Under the pieces are notes generated by a model, which saw only the letters and a list, made by a program, of their open reading frames with translations, was not told the DNA's origin and did not search any database. A stretch of 64,000 bases of DNA, from NCBI RefSeq assembly GCF_036365525.1, contig NC_090394.1:41313367-41377366 (forward strand), written 5' to 3'. The DNA is from Heterodontus francisci (taxonomy: Eukaryota). Shown here one piece after another: positions 49,070 to 61,500 of this stretch. Made by a program: the position numbers and the translations under genes. The first letter of the stretch is position 1. The number at the start of each line of letters is the position of its first letter.

Positions 49070-49411
49070 GATTGACATCCGGCAAGCCTCTTGCATCAGC
49101 CCCCCCACCCCCCTCCAATATGATATAGACCACCAAAGCCCGCCCCCTGTCTGATTGACAGTTAATGCCCGGCCCCTCTCGATCTGATTGACAACCTGTA
49201 CATGCGATCTTCAGATAGCTAGCGCCACGCCCCTCTCCATGTGATCGACAGCGGGTGCCCCGCCCCTCCCGGTTTGATCGCTAGTGTATGTCCCCGCCCT
49301 TCTCCGTGGAGTTGATCGTCTGTGCCCCGCCCCTCCCTGTGATTGACAGCGGGCGCCCCACCCCCCCCATGTTTCTTTGACCAGCAGCAGCCACAGCCGT
49401 TCGCAGTCTCA
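49070..49411 (+). promoter_or_regulatory. MFSD11-like promoter made of about 7 degenerate GC-box + TGATTGACAG units
   Basis: Repeating gccccgcccc...tgat(t/c)gacag; exact TGATTGACAG at 49152 and 49340. Confidence 0.75.
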
Positions 49412-49501
49412 ATGGGCGATCGCAGGCTGATCAACGTTTACCTTCTGGGAGTGGGCTTCATGCTCATCTTCACCGCCTTCACCACCTGCGGGAACATAGA
49501 G
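49412..49501 (+). CDS. MFSD11-like exon 1 coding part
   Basis: ATGGGCGAT...ATAGAG|gtgagt, 30 codons; FTAFxTCGN motif. Confidence 0.92.
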
Positions 49502-52500
49502 GTGAGTTTTCACCCAGTTTAATGAAGTATAACGGCAGCGAGTACTAGTGCCACAGGATCCAGGATTAAAATAGTTTGGAGGCTGGAAATCTGAAATGAA
49601 GTTAGAAATACTCAGCAGGTCTGGCAGCATCTGTGGAGAGAGAAACAAAAGTTAAAGTTGCAGGTCGAGAACTGGGAGTGCTTTGGGATCTAGTGGTTTT
49701 TAAACAAGGCAGGAGAGGAGGAAAGAACAAACTGGAAGGTCTGATACGGTGGAAGGCAGGAGAAATTAAGTGACAAAAGGGATGATGGTACAAGGCAAAA
49801 AGAGGTGATGGGAACAGAGGATGTGTAAATGGGCAAAGTAGAATCACCGCTGTCCAAAAAACAAAGAGCAGAGGTTATGGTCTGAAGATGTTGGTAAATG
49901 GGCAGATGTTGCATTTCCTGCACTTGCATGGGAAGTTACTGTGGGAAAGGGGGTCTGTTGGGAGTGATTGAGGAGTGGACCAGGGTGTTCTAGAGGCAAT
50001 GGTTGGTTCAGAAGGCTGAAAGGGGAGTGGAGGGGAAGATGTGTTTGGTGTTGGCATCACACTAGAGGTGGGAGAAATGTTAAAGTAACATTGTTTGAGT
50101 TAAAGTGGCATTGTATTGTTTAAAGTGGCACTTTAGCAGCTAAAGTAAGGATTCAACTAGTTTACAGTGTCCCAGGGTGATAGTAACAGTTTACTGGGGT
50201 AAGGTTGTGTTGTATAAGAGTCACTGCAAGGTGTGAAAGGGCTGTGACAACCAGTATCACTGCCCTCAATCAATATCCAGTGACAACCTCTGGAAAGTAC
50301 ACGTGTGGAGATCTTAGGTGAGGACGGAATCAGACTTTGATGTGATGCCCTCCACAGTCGAGCAATCTCCTGACACTCACTGTCCGACTCACTTGTAAGG
50401 AATGCCACTTGGGTGAAGTACTGGAGGAGCAACAGCAAGGGTTCAACTGGAGATGAGGGGAGAAAACCACAGAAGGGAAATTAGACCTTGCAGGAGAAAC
50501 AAATAATTGGCGACTGTTACTATTTACTCATCAACTCTCAGCATGTGATCCCTTGTCTAGGGCACAAACAGAAACTCTGTTCTTCAAATAACTTTATCTC
50601 CCACCAGCAACCCATGATCATGACATCATTTGAACAGGAGTCACAGGGCCCAGCTCTATTAAACTCTCTGTTTGGAACCATAATATGTTTACAGCACAGA
50701 GCAAGCTATTCAGCTTATCATATCTGTGCTGGCTCTTTGGTCAAGCAATCCAACACTAATCACATTGCCCCACTCTGTCACTATAGCCCTGCATCTTCAA
50801 AACTCTTCATAGTTTTATAAACCTCAATAAATCACCCCTTAGTCTTCTCTGCTCCAATACAGATTGTTCCAGCAACTCAAGTCTCTCCTCATAACTATAA
50901 CACACAGCACTCCAACTCTGGCCTAAAGGGCATTTGGACAGATTTATTATTAATTCTTTACTCGTGGACTTCTTTAATCTCTCTCTTTCCTTCACTGTGT
51001 GAAAGCTGCTGTATAGATTCACCAGGATGATTCTAGGAATGAGAAGTTGAGTTACAATGAGTGAGCTGAAATCTAAGTCTGTATTCAAAGGAGTGGAGAA
51101 GGTTAAGTGGAGGGCTAACAACAGTATTCTGGGAAAGCTTGAAAGTAAATAGTGAAACATTAATTCTATTGGTCGATGACAAGAAGTCATAAAGTTAGGA
51201 TTAATACTAGAACTTTCAACCCTCTGGCTTGTTCCACCATTCAATCAGATAATAGCTTAGTTTGAAATAGTCACTCAGAAGAACCATACTGAATGTCAGT
51301 ACTGTTGAAGGAAAAAAGGTCAGTCTGGCTATGTGGGTACCACTCTTGCCTCTGAGTCAGATCATAGGTTCGAGTCATAGGAACATAGGTACAGGAGCAG
51401 GCCATTTAGTCCCTCGAGCCTGTTCTGTCATTCAATGAGATCTGTGACCTAACTCCATATCCCTTAATACCTTTGGCGAACAAATATCTGTCAATCTCAG
51501 TTTTAAAATTGACAATTGGTCTACCATCAATTGCCGTTTGTGGAAGAGAGTTCCAAACTTCTTCTACCCCTTTGCATGAAGGAGTGCTTCCTAATTTCAC
51601 TCCTGAAAGATCTGGCTCTAACGTTTAGGCTAAGACCCCGAGTCCTAGACTCCCCAACTAGCGGAAATAGTTTCTCCCAATCTATCATACATACTTAGTT
51701 TGTTTAATCCCTCCTCATTGCTTAACCCTTGGAGTATTGTATACAGTTCTGGGTGCTGCACTTTGGGAAAGATATGAGGGCATTGGAGAGTGCAGAAAAG
51801 ATTCAGGAGAATGTTTCCAGGGATGATGAACTTCAGTTATGCAGATAGATTGGAGAAGTTGGGACTGTTGGAGAAGAGAAGGCTGAGAGGTGATTTGATA
51901 GAGGTGTTCAAAATCATGAAGGGTCTGGACAGAGTAGATAGAGAGAAATTGTTCCCACTTGTAAAAGGATTGAGAACGAGAGGGCGCAGATTTAAAGTAA
52001 TGGGTAAGCGAAGCAAAAGTGACATGAGGAAAAACTTTTTCATGCAGCAAGTGGTTAAGGTCTGGAATTCGCTGCCTGAGAACGTGGTGGAGGCAGGTTC
52101 AATTGAAGCATTCAAAAGGGAATTGGACTGTTATCTGAAAAGGAAGAATGTGCAAGGTTATGGGGAGAAGGCAGGGGAGTGGCATGAAGTGAATTGTTTG
52201 TTCGGAGAGCCGGTGCAGACACGATGGACCGAATGGCCGTGTCCTGTGCTGTAACAATTCTGTGGGATGTCATTCTCGTGAATTTACACTGCAATCCTTC
52301 CAAGGCCAATACATCCATCCTAAGGTATGGTGCCCAAAACTGCTCACAATATTCCAGGTGTAGTCTAACCAGGGCTTTGTACAGCTGAAGTATGACTTCT
52401 ACCCTTTTGTATTCTAGTCTCTTGATATAAAGGTCAGCATTTTATTAGTCTTTTTGATTATTTTCTGTACCTGTTCATTTCATTTTAATGATCTGTGTAC

Positions 52501-55500
52501 TGTGCCCCCAAGTCATTTGAACCTCCACTGTTTCTAACTTTTCATCATTTAGAAGGTACCCTGGTCTATCCTTTTTAGGTCCAAAGTGGATGACTTCACA
52601 TTTGTCTACATTGAAAACCATTTGCCACAGTTTTTGTCCATTTACTTAATCTACCAATATTTGTAATTTTATGCTTCCATTTACACTACTTACATATCTT
52701 TGTGTCATCGGCAAATTTGGATATTTGGCTTCCTATCCCATCATCTAAGTTCATGAATACTGTAGATAGTTGAGGCCCCCTGCGGGACACCAATCGTCAA
52801 ATCCTGCCAATTAGAGTACCTGTCCATTATCCTTACTCTCTGTCTCCTTCCGTTCAGCCAATTTCCTAACCGGGTCAATAATTTTCCTTCAACCTTGGCT
52901 AACAGTGTTTCATGGGAGACTTGATCAAATGCCTTCTGGAAGTCCATATAAATAACACTCATAGACATTCCCCTGTCCACTACTTTAGTCACCTCTTCAA
53001 AAAATCTAATCAGATTCATCAGGCATGACCTACCCTTTACAAATCCGTACTGACTCTCTGATCAGCTGAAAATTGTCAAGGTGTTCTGTCACCCTATCCT
53101 TAAATACACACTCTCTAGTAATTTCCCAACTAAGGATATTAGACTAACTGGTCCATAATGCCCTGGTTTCCCTCTGTCACTTTTCTTAAATAGAGGAGTG
53201 ACATGCATAATTTTCTCATCTAAAGGAATCTTTCCTGAATCAAGAGAAATTTGGAAGATTGTAGTTCGGGCATCTCCAATGTTCTCACCTACTTCCTTTA
53301 AAACCCTGGATGGAAACCATCTGGTCCTGGGGATTTGTCACTCTTTAGTGCCATTAATTTTTCCATTACTGGTTTCTTATTTACGTTAATTTTGTTGAAT
53401 CTCTGTCCCTGATTGAACACTAGTTTCCTTGGGATGTCTGGCACGCTGACCTCTTCCACTACTGTAAATACTGACAAAGTAATTATTCAGCATATCTGAC
53501 ATTTGCTTATTTTCATTGACAACATCACCTTTTATATATTTACATGGGGCCCACATTGCTGTGACCACCCTCTTCTTCCTAATGTAATTGTAAAAGGTTT
53601 TTGTGTTAATTTTGATATCCCTTGTAAGTTTCTTTTCATACTCCCTTTTTGTAGCTCTTCTACTCTCTGTTTTGTCACCTTTTGCTGTTTTGCGTATCTT
53701 TCACATTTGCAAAGATCTGTGCTTTATTTGCATTCTGTATGCTTTTTCTTTTAGTTTTATGCTATTTCTCACTTCTTTACTTGTCTGTGACTGTCTTTTT
53801 TGGCAAGTAAAACCATTGTCCTTTAGGGTATAGAAACATAGAAAATAGGAGCAGGAGTAGGCCATGCGGCCCTTCGAGCCTGCTCTGCCATTCATTATGA
53901 TCGTGGCTGATTATCCAACTCAGTAATCTGTTCCCGCTTTCGCCCCATACCCTTTGATCCCTTTAGACCCAAGAGCTATATCTAACTCCTTCTTGAAAAC
54001 ATACAATGTTTTGGCCTCAACTGATTTCTGTGGTAGTGAATTCCACAGACTGGGTGACCACTCTCTGGGTGAAGAAATTTCTCCTCATCTCAGTCCTGAA
54101 AGGTTTACCCCGTATCCTTAGACTATGATCCCTGGTTCTGGACTCCCCCACCATCGGGAACCTCCTTCCTGCATCTACATTGTCAAGTCCTGTTAGAATT
54201 TTATAGGTTTCTATGAGATCCCCCCTCACTCTTCTGAACTCCAGTGAATATAATCCTAACCAACTCAATCTTTACTCATACGTCAGTCCCACCATCCCAT
54301 GAATCAGTCTGGTAAACCTTCGCTGCACTCCCTCTGTAGCAAGAACATCCTTCCTCAGATAAGGAGACCAAAACTGTACACAATATTCCAGGTGTGGCCT
54401 GAATAAGGCCCTGTATAATTGCAGCAAGACATCCCTGCTCCTGTACTCGAATCCTCTCGCTATGAAGGCCAACATACCATTTGCCTTTTTTACCGCCTGT
54501 TGGACCTGCATGCTTACCTTCAGCGACTGGTGTACGAGAACAGCCAGGTCTCGCTGCATATTCCCCTCTCTCAGTTTATAGCTGTTCAGATAATCTGCCT
54601 TCCTGTTTTTGCCACCAGAGTGGATAACCTCACATTTATCCACATTATACTGCATCTGCCATGCATTAGCCAACTCACTCAATTTGTCCAAATCACCCTG
54701 AAGCCTCTCTGCATCCTCCTCACAACTCACCCTCCCACCCAGTTTTGTGTCATCTGCAAATTTGGAGATATTACATTTAGTTCCCTCATCTAAATCATTA
54801 ATATATATTGTGAATAGCTGGGGTCCTGGCACCGATCCCTGCAGTACCCCACTAGTCACTGCCTGCCATTCAGAAAAAGACGCATTTATCCCTACTCTTT
54901 GTTTCCTGTCTGCCAACCAATTTTCTATCCATCGCAATACACTACCCCCAATACCATGCGCTTTAATTTTACACGCTAATCTCGAAAGCCTTCTGAAAGT
55001 CCAAATAAACCACATCCACTGTCTCCCCTCATCAACTCTACTAGTTACATCCTCGAAGAATTCTAGTAGATTTGTCAAGCATGATTTCCCTTTCGTAACT
55101 CCATGCTGACTGCCCGATTCTACCATTGTTCTCTAAGTGCTCTGCTATAAAATCTTTGATAATGGACTCTAGAATTTTCCCCACTACCGACGTCAGGCTG
55201 ACTGGTCTATAATTCCCTGCTTTCTCTGTACCTTCCTTTTTAAATAGTGGGGTTACATTAGCTACCCTCCAATCTATAGGAATTGTTCCAGAGTCTATAG
55301 AAACTTGGAAGATGACCACCAATGCATCCACTATTTCTAGAGCCACTTAAGTACTCTGGGATGCATACCATCAGGCCCTGGGGATTTATCGGCTTTCAAT
55401 CCCATCAATTTCCCCAACACTATTTCTCTACTAATACTGATTTCCTTCAGTTCCTCTCTCTCACTAAGCCCTGTGTTCCCCAACATTTCTGGTATGATAT

Positions 55501-58500
55501 TTGTGTCCTCTTTTGTGAAGACAGAACCAAGTATGCATTTAGTTGGTCAGTCATTTCTTTGTTCCCCATAATAAATTCCCCTGTTTCTGACTGTAAGGAA
55601 CCTACATTTGTCTTCACCAATCTTTTTCTCTTCACATACCTATAGAAACTTTTACAGTCAGTTTTTATGTTCCCAGCAAGCTTGCTCTTTTACTCTATTT
55701 TCCCCTTCTTAATCAATCCCTTGATCCTCCTTTGCTGAATTCTAAACTACTCCCAATCCTCAGGTCTGTTGTTTTTTCCGGCAAATTTATATGCCTCTTC
55801 CTTGGATCTAACGCTATCTCTAATTTCCCTTGTAAGTCATGGTTTGGCTACCTTTCCCGTTTTACTTCTAGAATTTTAGTAGGTTTTTCACATTTCTCCC
55901 TTTCAAACACTACATTAAAATCAATCATATTATGATCACTATTGGATAAAAAAATGTTCATGCACAGTTAGGCTATGAACTAAATTTGGCTCATTATTCA
56001 TTACTAAATCTTCTATGGCCACACACCGTTGAGCACATAATCTAGGTTGACACTTCAGGGCAGTACTGAGGAGTTCTACACTGTCAGAAATGCTGTCTTT
56101 CAGATGAGACGTTAAACCAAAGCCCCATCTACCAGTTGGGGTGGATGTTAAAGATCCCATGCCCAGAACTGGAAGAGGAGTCCTACCTGGTACCCTAACT
56201 CAATATTCCTTCCTCAATCAACGCCACCAAAAAAAGATGAATTCATCTCATTGCTGCTTGTGGGATCTTGCTGTGTGGAGATGGCTGCCTTGTGTGCCTG
56301 TGCAGCAATAGTGTGGCTACACTTCAGTGTAATTAATTGGGGATGTTTCTGAGAGATGTATAAATGTAAACCCTTTCAATGTTTGTCTTTTGCAGCAAAC
56401 GGTAATAAGGAGTTTGACCAATACCAGTTTCTCCGGCAGCGGTTACAACAGGTATGAGAGGCCCCAGCTCTTTACTACTGGCTGTTGAATCAGTCTACAA
56501 CCTTTTTCGGGGACTGAGGCCCCCTTCCCCACAGCTGTGTAATAAAAGGACAAAACTAAAGGCTCTGTATCTGAATGCACATAGCATTCAAAACAAAATA
56601 GATGAACTGAGAGAGCAAATAGAAATAAATAAGTACGATCTGTTAGCCATTACAGAGACATGGCTGCAGGATGACAGAGATTGGGCCCTGAATATTAAAG
56701 GGTACCTGACATTTAGGAAAGACAGGAAGCTAGGAGAAGGTGGAGGGGTAGCTCTGTTAATTAATGATGGTATTAGTGCAATAGAGAGGGATGACCTAAG
56801 TTCAGGAGACCAGGATGTAGAAGCAGTTTGGGTAGAGATGAGAAATCATAAAGGCAAGACGTCACTTGTGGGAGTGGTGTACAGGCCACCTAACATTAAC
56901 CACACTGTAGGACAGGATATAAAGGAAGAAATAATGGCAGCTTGTCAGAAAGATACAGCGATAATTGTGGGGGATTTTAACCTACATATAGACTGGAAAA
57001 ATCAGATAGGCGGAGGTAGCCTAGATGAAAAGTATATAGAATGTTTTCGGGATAATTTCTTGGAACAATACATTCTGGAGCCAACCAGAGAGCAGGCTAT
57101 ACTAGACCTTTTATTGTGCAATGAAATAGGATTAATCAATGACCTCATAGTTAAGGCTCCCCTAGGTAGCAGCAATCATAATATGATTGAATTTTATGTT
57201 CAGTTTGAGGGAGCAAAGAGTGGGTCCAAGACTAGTATTTTAAACTTATATAAGGGCAATTATGAGGGCATGAAAGCAGAGCTAGCTAAAGTGAACTGGC
57301 AAATCGGGTTAAAGGATAGGTTAATAGAGATGCAGTGGCAGACACTTAAGGGGATATTTGAGAATACACAGAATAGATACATTTCAACGCGAAAGAAAAA
57401 TTCCAAGGGTGGAACCCGCCATCTGTGGGTAACTAAAACAGTTCAAGATAGTATCAAACTTAAAGAAAACGCCTATTCTTGTGCAAAGATGGGAGGCAGG
57501 TCAGAAGATTGGACAGAATATAAAAAACAGCAAAGAATGACTAAAAGATTGATAAGGAAGGTAAAATTAGAGTACGAGAGAAAGCTAGCTAGAAATATAA
57601 AGACAGATAGTAAGGGTTTTGATAGATATTTAAAAAAGAAAAGTTAACAAAGTGAGCATTGGTCCTATAGAAAGTTAGTCTGGGGAATTAATAATGGATA
57701 ATAAGAAGATGGCAGATGAATTGAACAGATATTTTGCATCGGTCTTCACTATTGAGTATACAAGTAACATCCCAGTATGAACTGTAAATCAGGAAATGGA
57801 AGGGAGGGAGGAACTCAAGAAAGTTACAATCACCAGGGAAGTGGCACTAAACAAATTGTTGGAGCTGCGGGCTGACAAGTCCCCAGGTCCTGATGGACTT
57901 CATCCTAGGGTGTTAAAAGAAGTGGCTAGTGAGATAGTTGATACGTTAGTTTTAATTTCCAAAATTCCCTAGATTCAGGGGGGAAGGTTCCATTAGATTG
58001 GAAAATAGCGAATATTCAAAAAGGGAGGGAGTCAGAAAGCAGGAAACTGCAGGCCAGTTAGCTTAACATCTGTCTTAGGGAAACTGTTAGAAGCTATTAT
58101 TAAAGACGTTATAGCAGAGCATTTAGAAAAATTCAAGGTAATCAGACAGAGTCAACATGGTTTTGTGAAAGGGAAATCATGTTTAACCAATTTATTGGAG
58201 TTCTTTGAGGGAGTTACATGTGCTGTGGATAAAGAGGAACCGGTGGATGTATTGTACTTAGATTTCCAGAAGGCATTTGATAAGGTGCCACATCAAAGAT
58301 TATTGCAGAAAATAAAAGCTTATGGTGTAAGAAGTAACATATTGGCATGGATAGAAGATTGGCTAGCTAACAGGAAACAGAGAGTAGGCAGAAATGGGTC
58401 ATTTTTTGGTTGGCAAGATGTAACAAGTGGTGTGCCACAGAGACCTGTGCTGGGGCCTCAACTTTTTACAATTTATGTAAATGACTTAGATGAAGGGCCT

Positions 58501-61500
58501 GAAGGTATGGTTGCTAAATTTGCTGATGACACAAAGGTAGGTAGGAAAGTAAGTTGTGAAGAACACATAAGGGGGCTACAAAGGGATTATAGATAGGTTA
58601 AGTGAGTGGGCAAAGACCTGGCAAATGGAGTATAATGGAAAGTGTGAAATCGTCCACTTTTGCAGGAAGAATAAAAAAGAAGCATATTATCTAAATGATG
58701 AGAGATTGCAGAGCTCTGAGATGCAGAGGGATCTGGGTGTCCTAGTGCATGAATCGCAAAAGGTTAGTATGCAGGTACAGCACGTAATTAGGAGAGCTAA
58801 TAGAATGTTATCATTTATCATGAGGAGAATTGAATACAAAAGTAGGGAGGTTATGCTTCAGTTATACAGGGCAATAGTGAGACCACATCTGGAGTACTGT
58901 GTACAGTATTGATCTCCTTATTTAAGGATGTAAATGCGTTGGAGGCAATACAGAGAAGGTTTACTAGACTAATACCTGGAATGGGCGGGCTGTCTTACAA
59001 GGAAAAATTGGACAGGCTAGGCTTGTATCCACTAGAATTTAGAAGAGTAAGAGGCGACTTGCTTGAAACATACAAGATCCTGAGGGGTCTTGACAGGGTG
59101 GATGTGGAAAGAATGTTTCCCCTTGTAGGAGAATCTAGAACTAGGGGGTCACTGTTTAAAAAAAGGAGTCACCCATTTAAGACAGAGATGAGGAAAAATT
59201 TATCCTCTCAGAGGGTTGTGAGTCTTTGGAATTCTCTTCCTCAAAAGGCGGTGGAAGCAGAGTCTTTGAATATTTTTAAGGCAGAGGTAGATAGATTCTT
59301 GATAAGCAAGGGGGTGGAAGGTTATCAGGGTTAGGTGGAAATGTGGAGTAATCAGTTCAGCCATGAACCTATTGAATGGCGGAGCAGGCTCAAGGGCCTA
59401 CTCCTGCTCCTAATTCGTATGTTTGTATGTTACACCGTGCTTCTGGTGGGAGTCTTACTGACCACGAGCATTCCTGAAACCCAGTGACTACATCGATTAG
59501 GGTTCTGTAGCTGGGAATCCCGACTGCTGGATCTGCTATCAAGTAACTCCACGTGTGGAGTCGTTTTTTTTTTCCAACTGCTGATCTCGACAAGTCCATG
59601 CCAATCCCAGCGGATTATGAAGTTTGCTTTTCTTTGCTCCAAGTTGGGAGGTCATATTCACTGGATTTGGTTGGCATTAATACTCGTGTGCCACACTGTT
59701 CTCCCTTCTTTCATGGCATGCTGGAAATCTGGTATTGCCCTGGCTGTCGTGATTCAGTGGACCCTGATTTCAGCCTTGAGCCTTGTCCACAGCAGAGGAA
59801 TTCCATGCTGTGTGTGGGGTCATATAGCGAGGCCAGGGTGAACATTCAGAACCATTCCCCACCCCTCAACCCTGCACTGCCATAAAAATAATTTTCTGCT
59901 TGAGTGACCTCACTTGACCCTGTTGCCTTTGGCAGTCAGCCTAACACACCCATTACAACAACAACTTGTATTTTTATATTGCCTGTAATGTAGTAAAACA
60001 TCCCAAAGGGTTTCATACAACAAAATTTGACACCAAGCCCAAGAATAAGTATTTAGACAGGTGACCTTGGTCAGAGGTGGGTTTCAAGGAGCTTCTTAAA
60101 GGAGGTGGAGAGGTTTAGGGAGGGAATTTCAAAGTTTAGGGCCATGGCAGCTGAAGGCACAGCCACCAATGTCAGGAATAAGTAATGTGCCAGAATTGGA
60201 GAGTGCAGAGATCTTGGAGGGATGTAAGGCTGTAGGAGGTTACAGAGATAGTGAGGCATGAGGCCTTGGAGGGGTTTGCAAACAAGAATGAGCATTTTAA
60301 AATCAAGGTGTTGTCAAACTGGGAGCCAATGTAAGTCAATGAGCACAGGAGTGATGGGTGAACAGGACTTGGTGCGAGTTAGGATTGCAGGGCTGTAATT
60401 CTGAGCTGCAGAGTGCTGCTCAGTATCAATGGGCAATGAGCACATCTTGTCTGGTGTCTGCCTGTTCTAATCATCCTCATAATTTTACATGGGGTATGTA
60501 AGACGATTCAGTGGGTGGTTAGCATCTGTGATAGTGTTGCTAGTGCTTGTTGTGGGAGGAACAGGAATGAAGGGCTGAATGACCGGCCCTGCATCATAAT
60601 TCCTTGTGCTTTTTGCCAGCCTCGCCATCATCTATGGGGTATTTTCAGCTTCTAACCTCATTGCACCATCTGTGGTCGCAGTTGTTGGACCGAAGTTGTC
60701 AATGGTATTCAGTGGAGTTGTTTACAGGTAAGACTGGTTGCTCTTGGGTCATCTCCCGCACTCCTGCATCACATCCAAGATAAAACTTATCCCCCTCTAT
60801 TCAATTGATAGTCCCTTGGTCTGTACCCTGAGAATTTTCCATTCTTTTTCCTTCTGAGTTATAAATCCACGCAGGACTATGGGGAAAGGGTGGGGGAGTG
60901 ACATTAATTGTAAAGCGCTTTCAAAGAGCCAGCACAGACCATGATGGAGGATTGGTCACCTTCTGTGCTGTGAGATTCTATAATGACTTGTGTGCCAGTC
61001 TCTGGCCTCCTTTTGCCAGTTTTTTCATCCAGTTGTGTCACTACAGGTGGGGCCTACCCACCCACTTCATGGAAATGGCCCTGACCCATGGGGTGATCAG
61101 ACACCAGACCCTCTCTGCCATGGCACAGCAAAATTGGGGATTGTCGGGGCCAGAATCTGTAGACAGTCAGTGGGTGATACAGAATATGAGCCAATGCTGG
61201 GGGGAGCGAGGTTGCAGGCAAATGTCCTCCTCAGTTCAGTTGAGTGCAAAAATAATTCTGATTATGTGTTTTCAGCAAATTATATTTAATTTAAAATAAT
61301 GAAACACTATGATTATTCAGTTACTCATTGAAGAAAAAAAATGTTGCCTGGGCAGGTTAGCAGTTTCCACCCTATGGAGTGCTGAGCTGGAGCTGCCACA
61401 GGATGGTGATCCAGATGCCTGTGAAAATAGATCATGGCACTGCACAAACTGGGGGGGAAAGGAAGGTTGAGAAAGGGGGATGAATGGTGGTCTCCTATTC

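Noticed and set aside
49130-49385. CRISPR-like repeat-spacer pattern
   Set aside because: Vertebrate context, degenerate units without unique spacers and no cas genes; it is a promoter repeat.
56454-57647. 397-aa ORF starting inside the exon 2 donor, as a possible MFSD11-endonuclease fusion or domesticated APE
   Set aside because: Not in frame with exon 2 (read-through hits TGA within ~12 codons); ordinary CR1 APE with SDH changed to SNH and downstream frameshifts.
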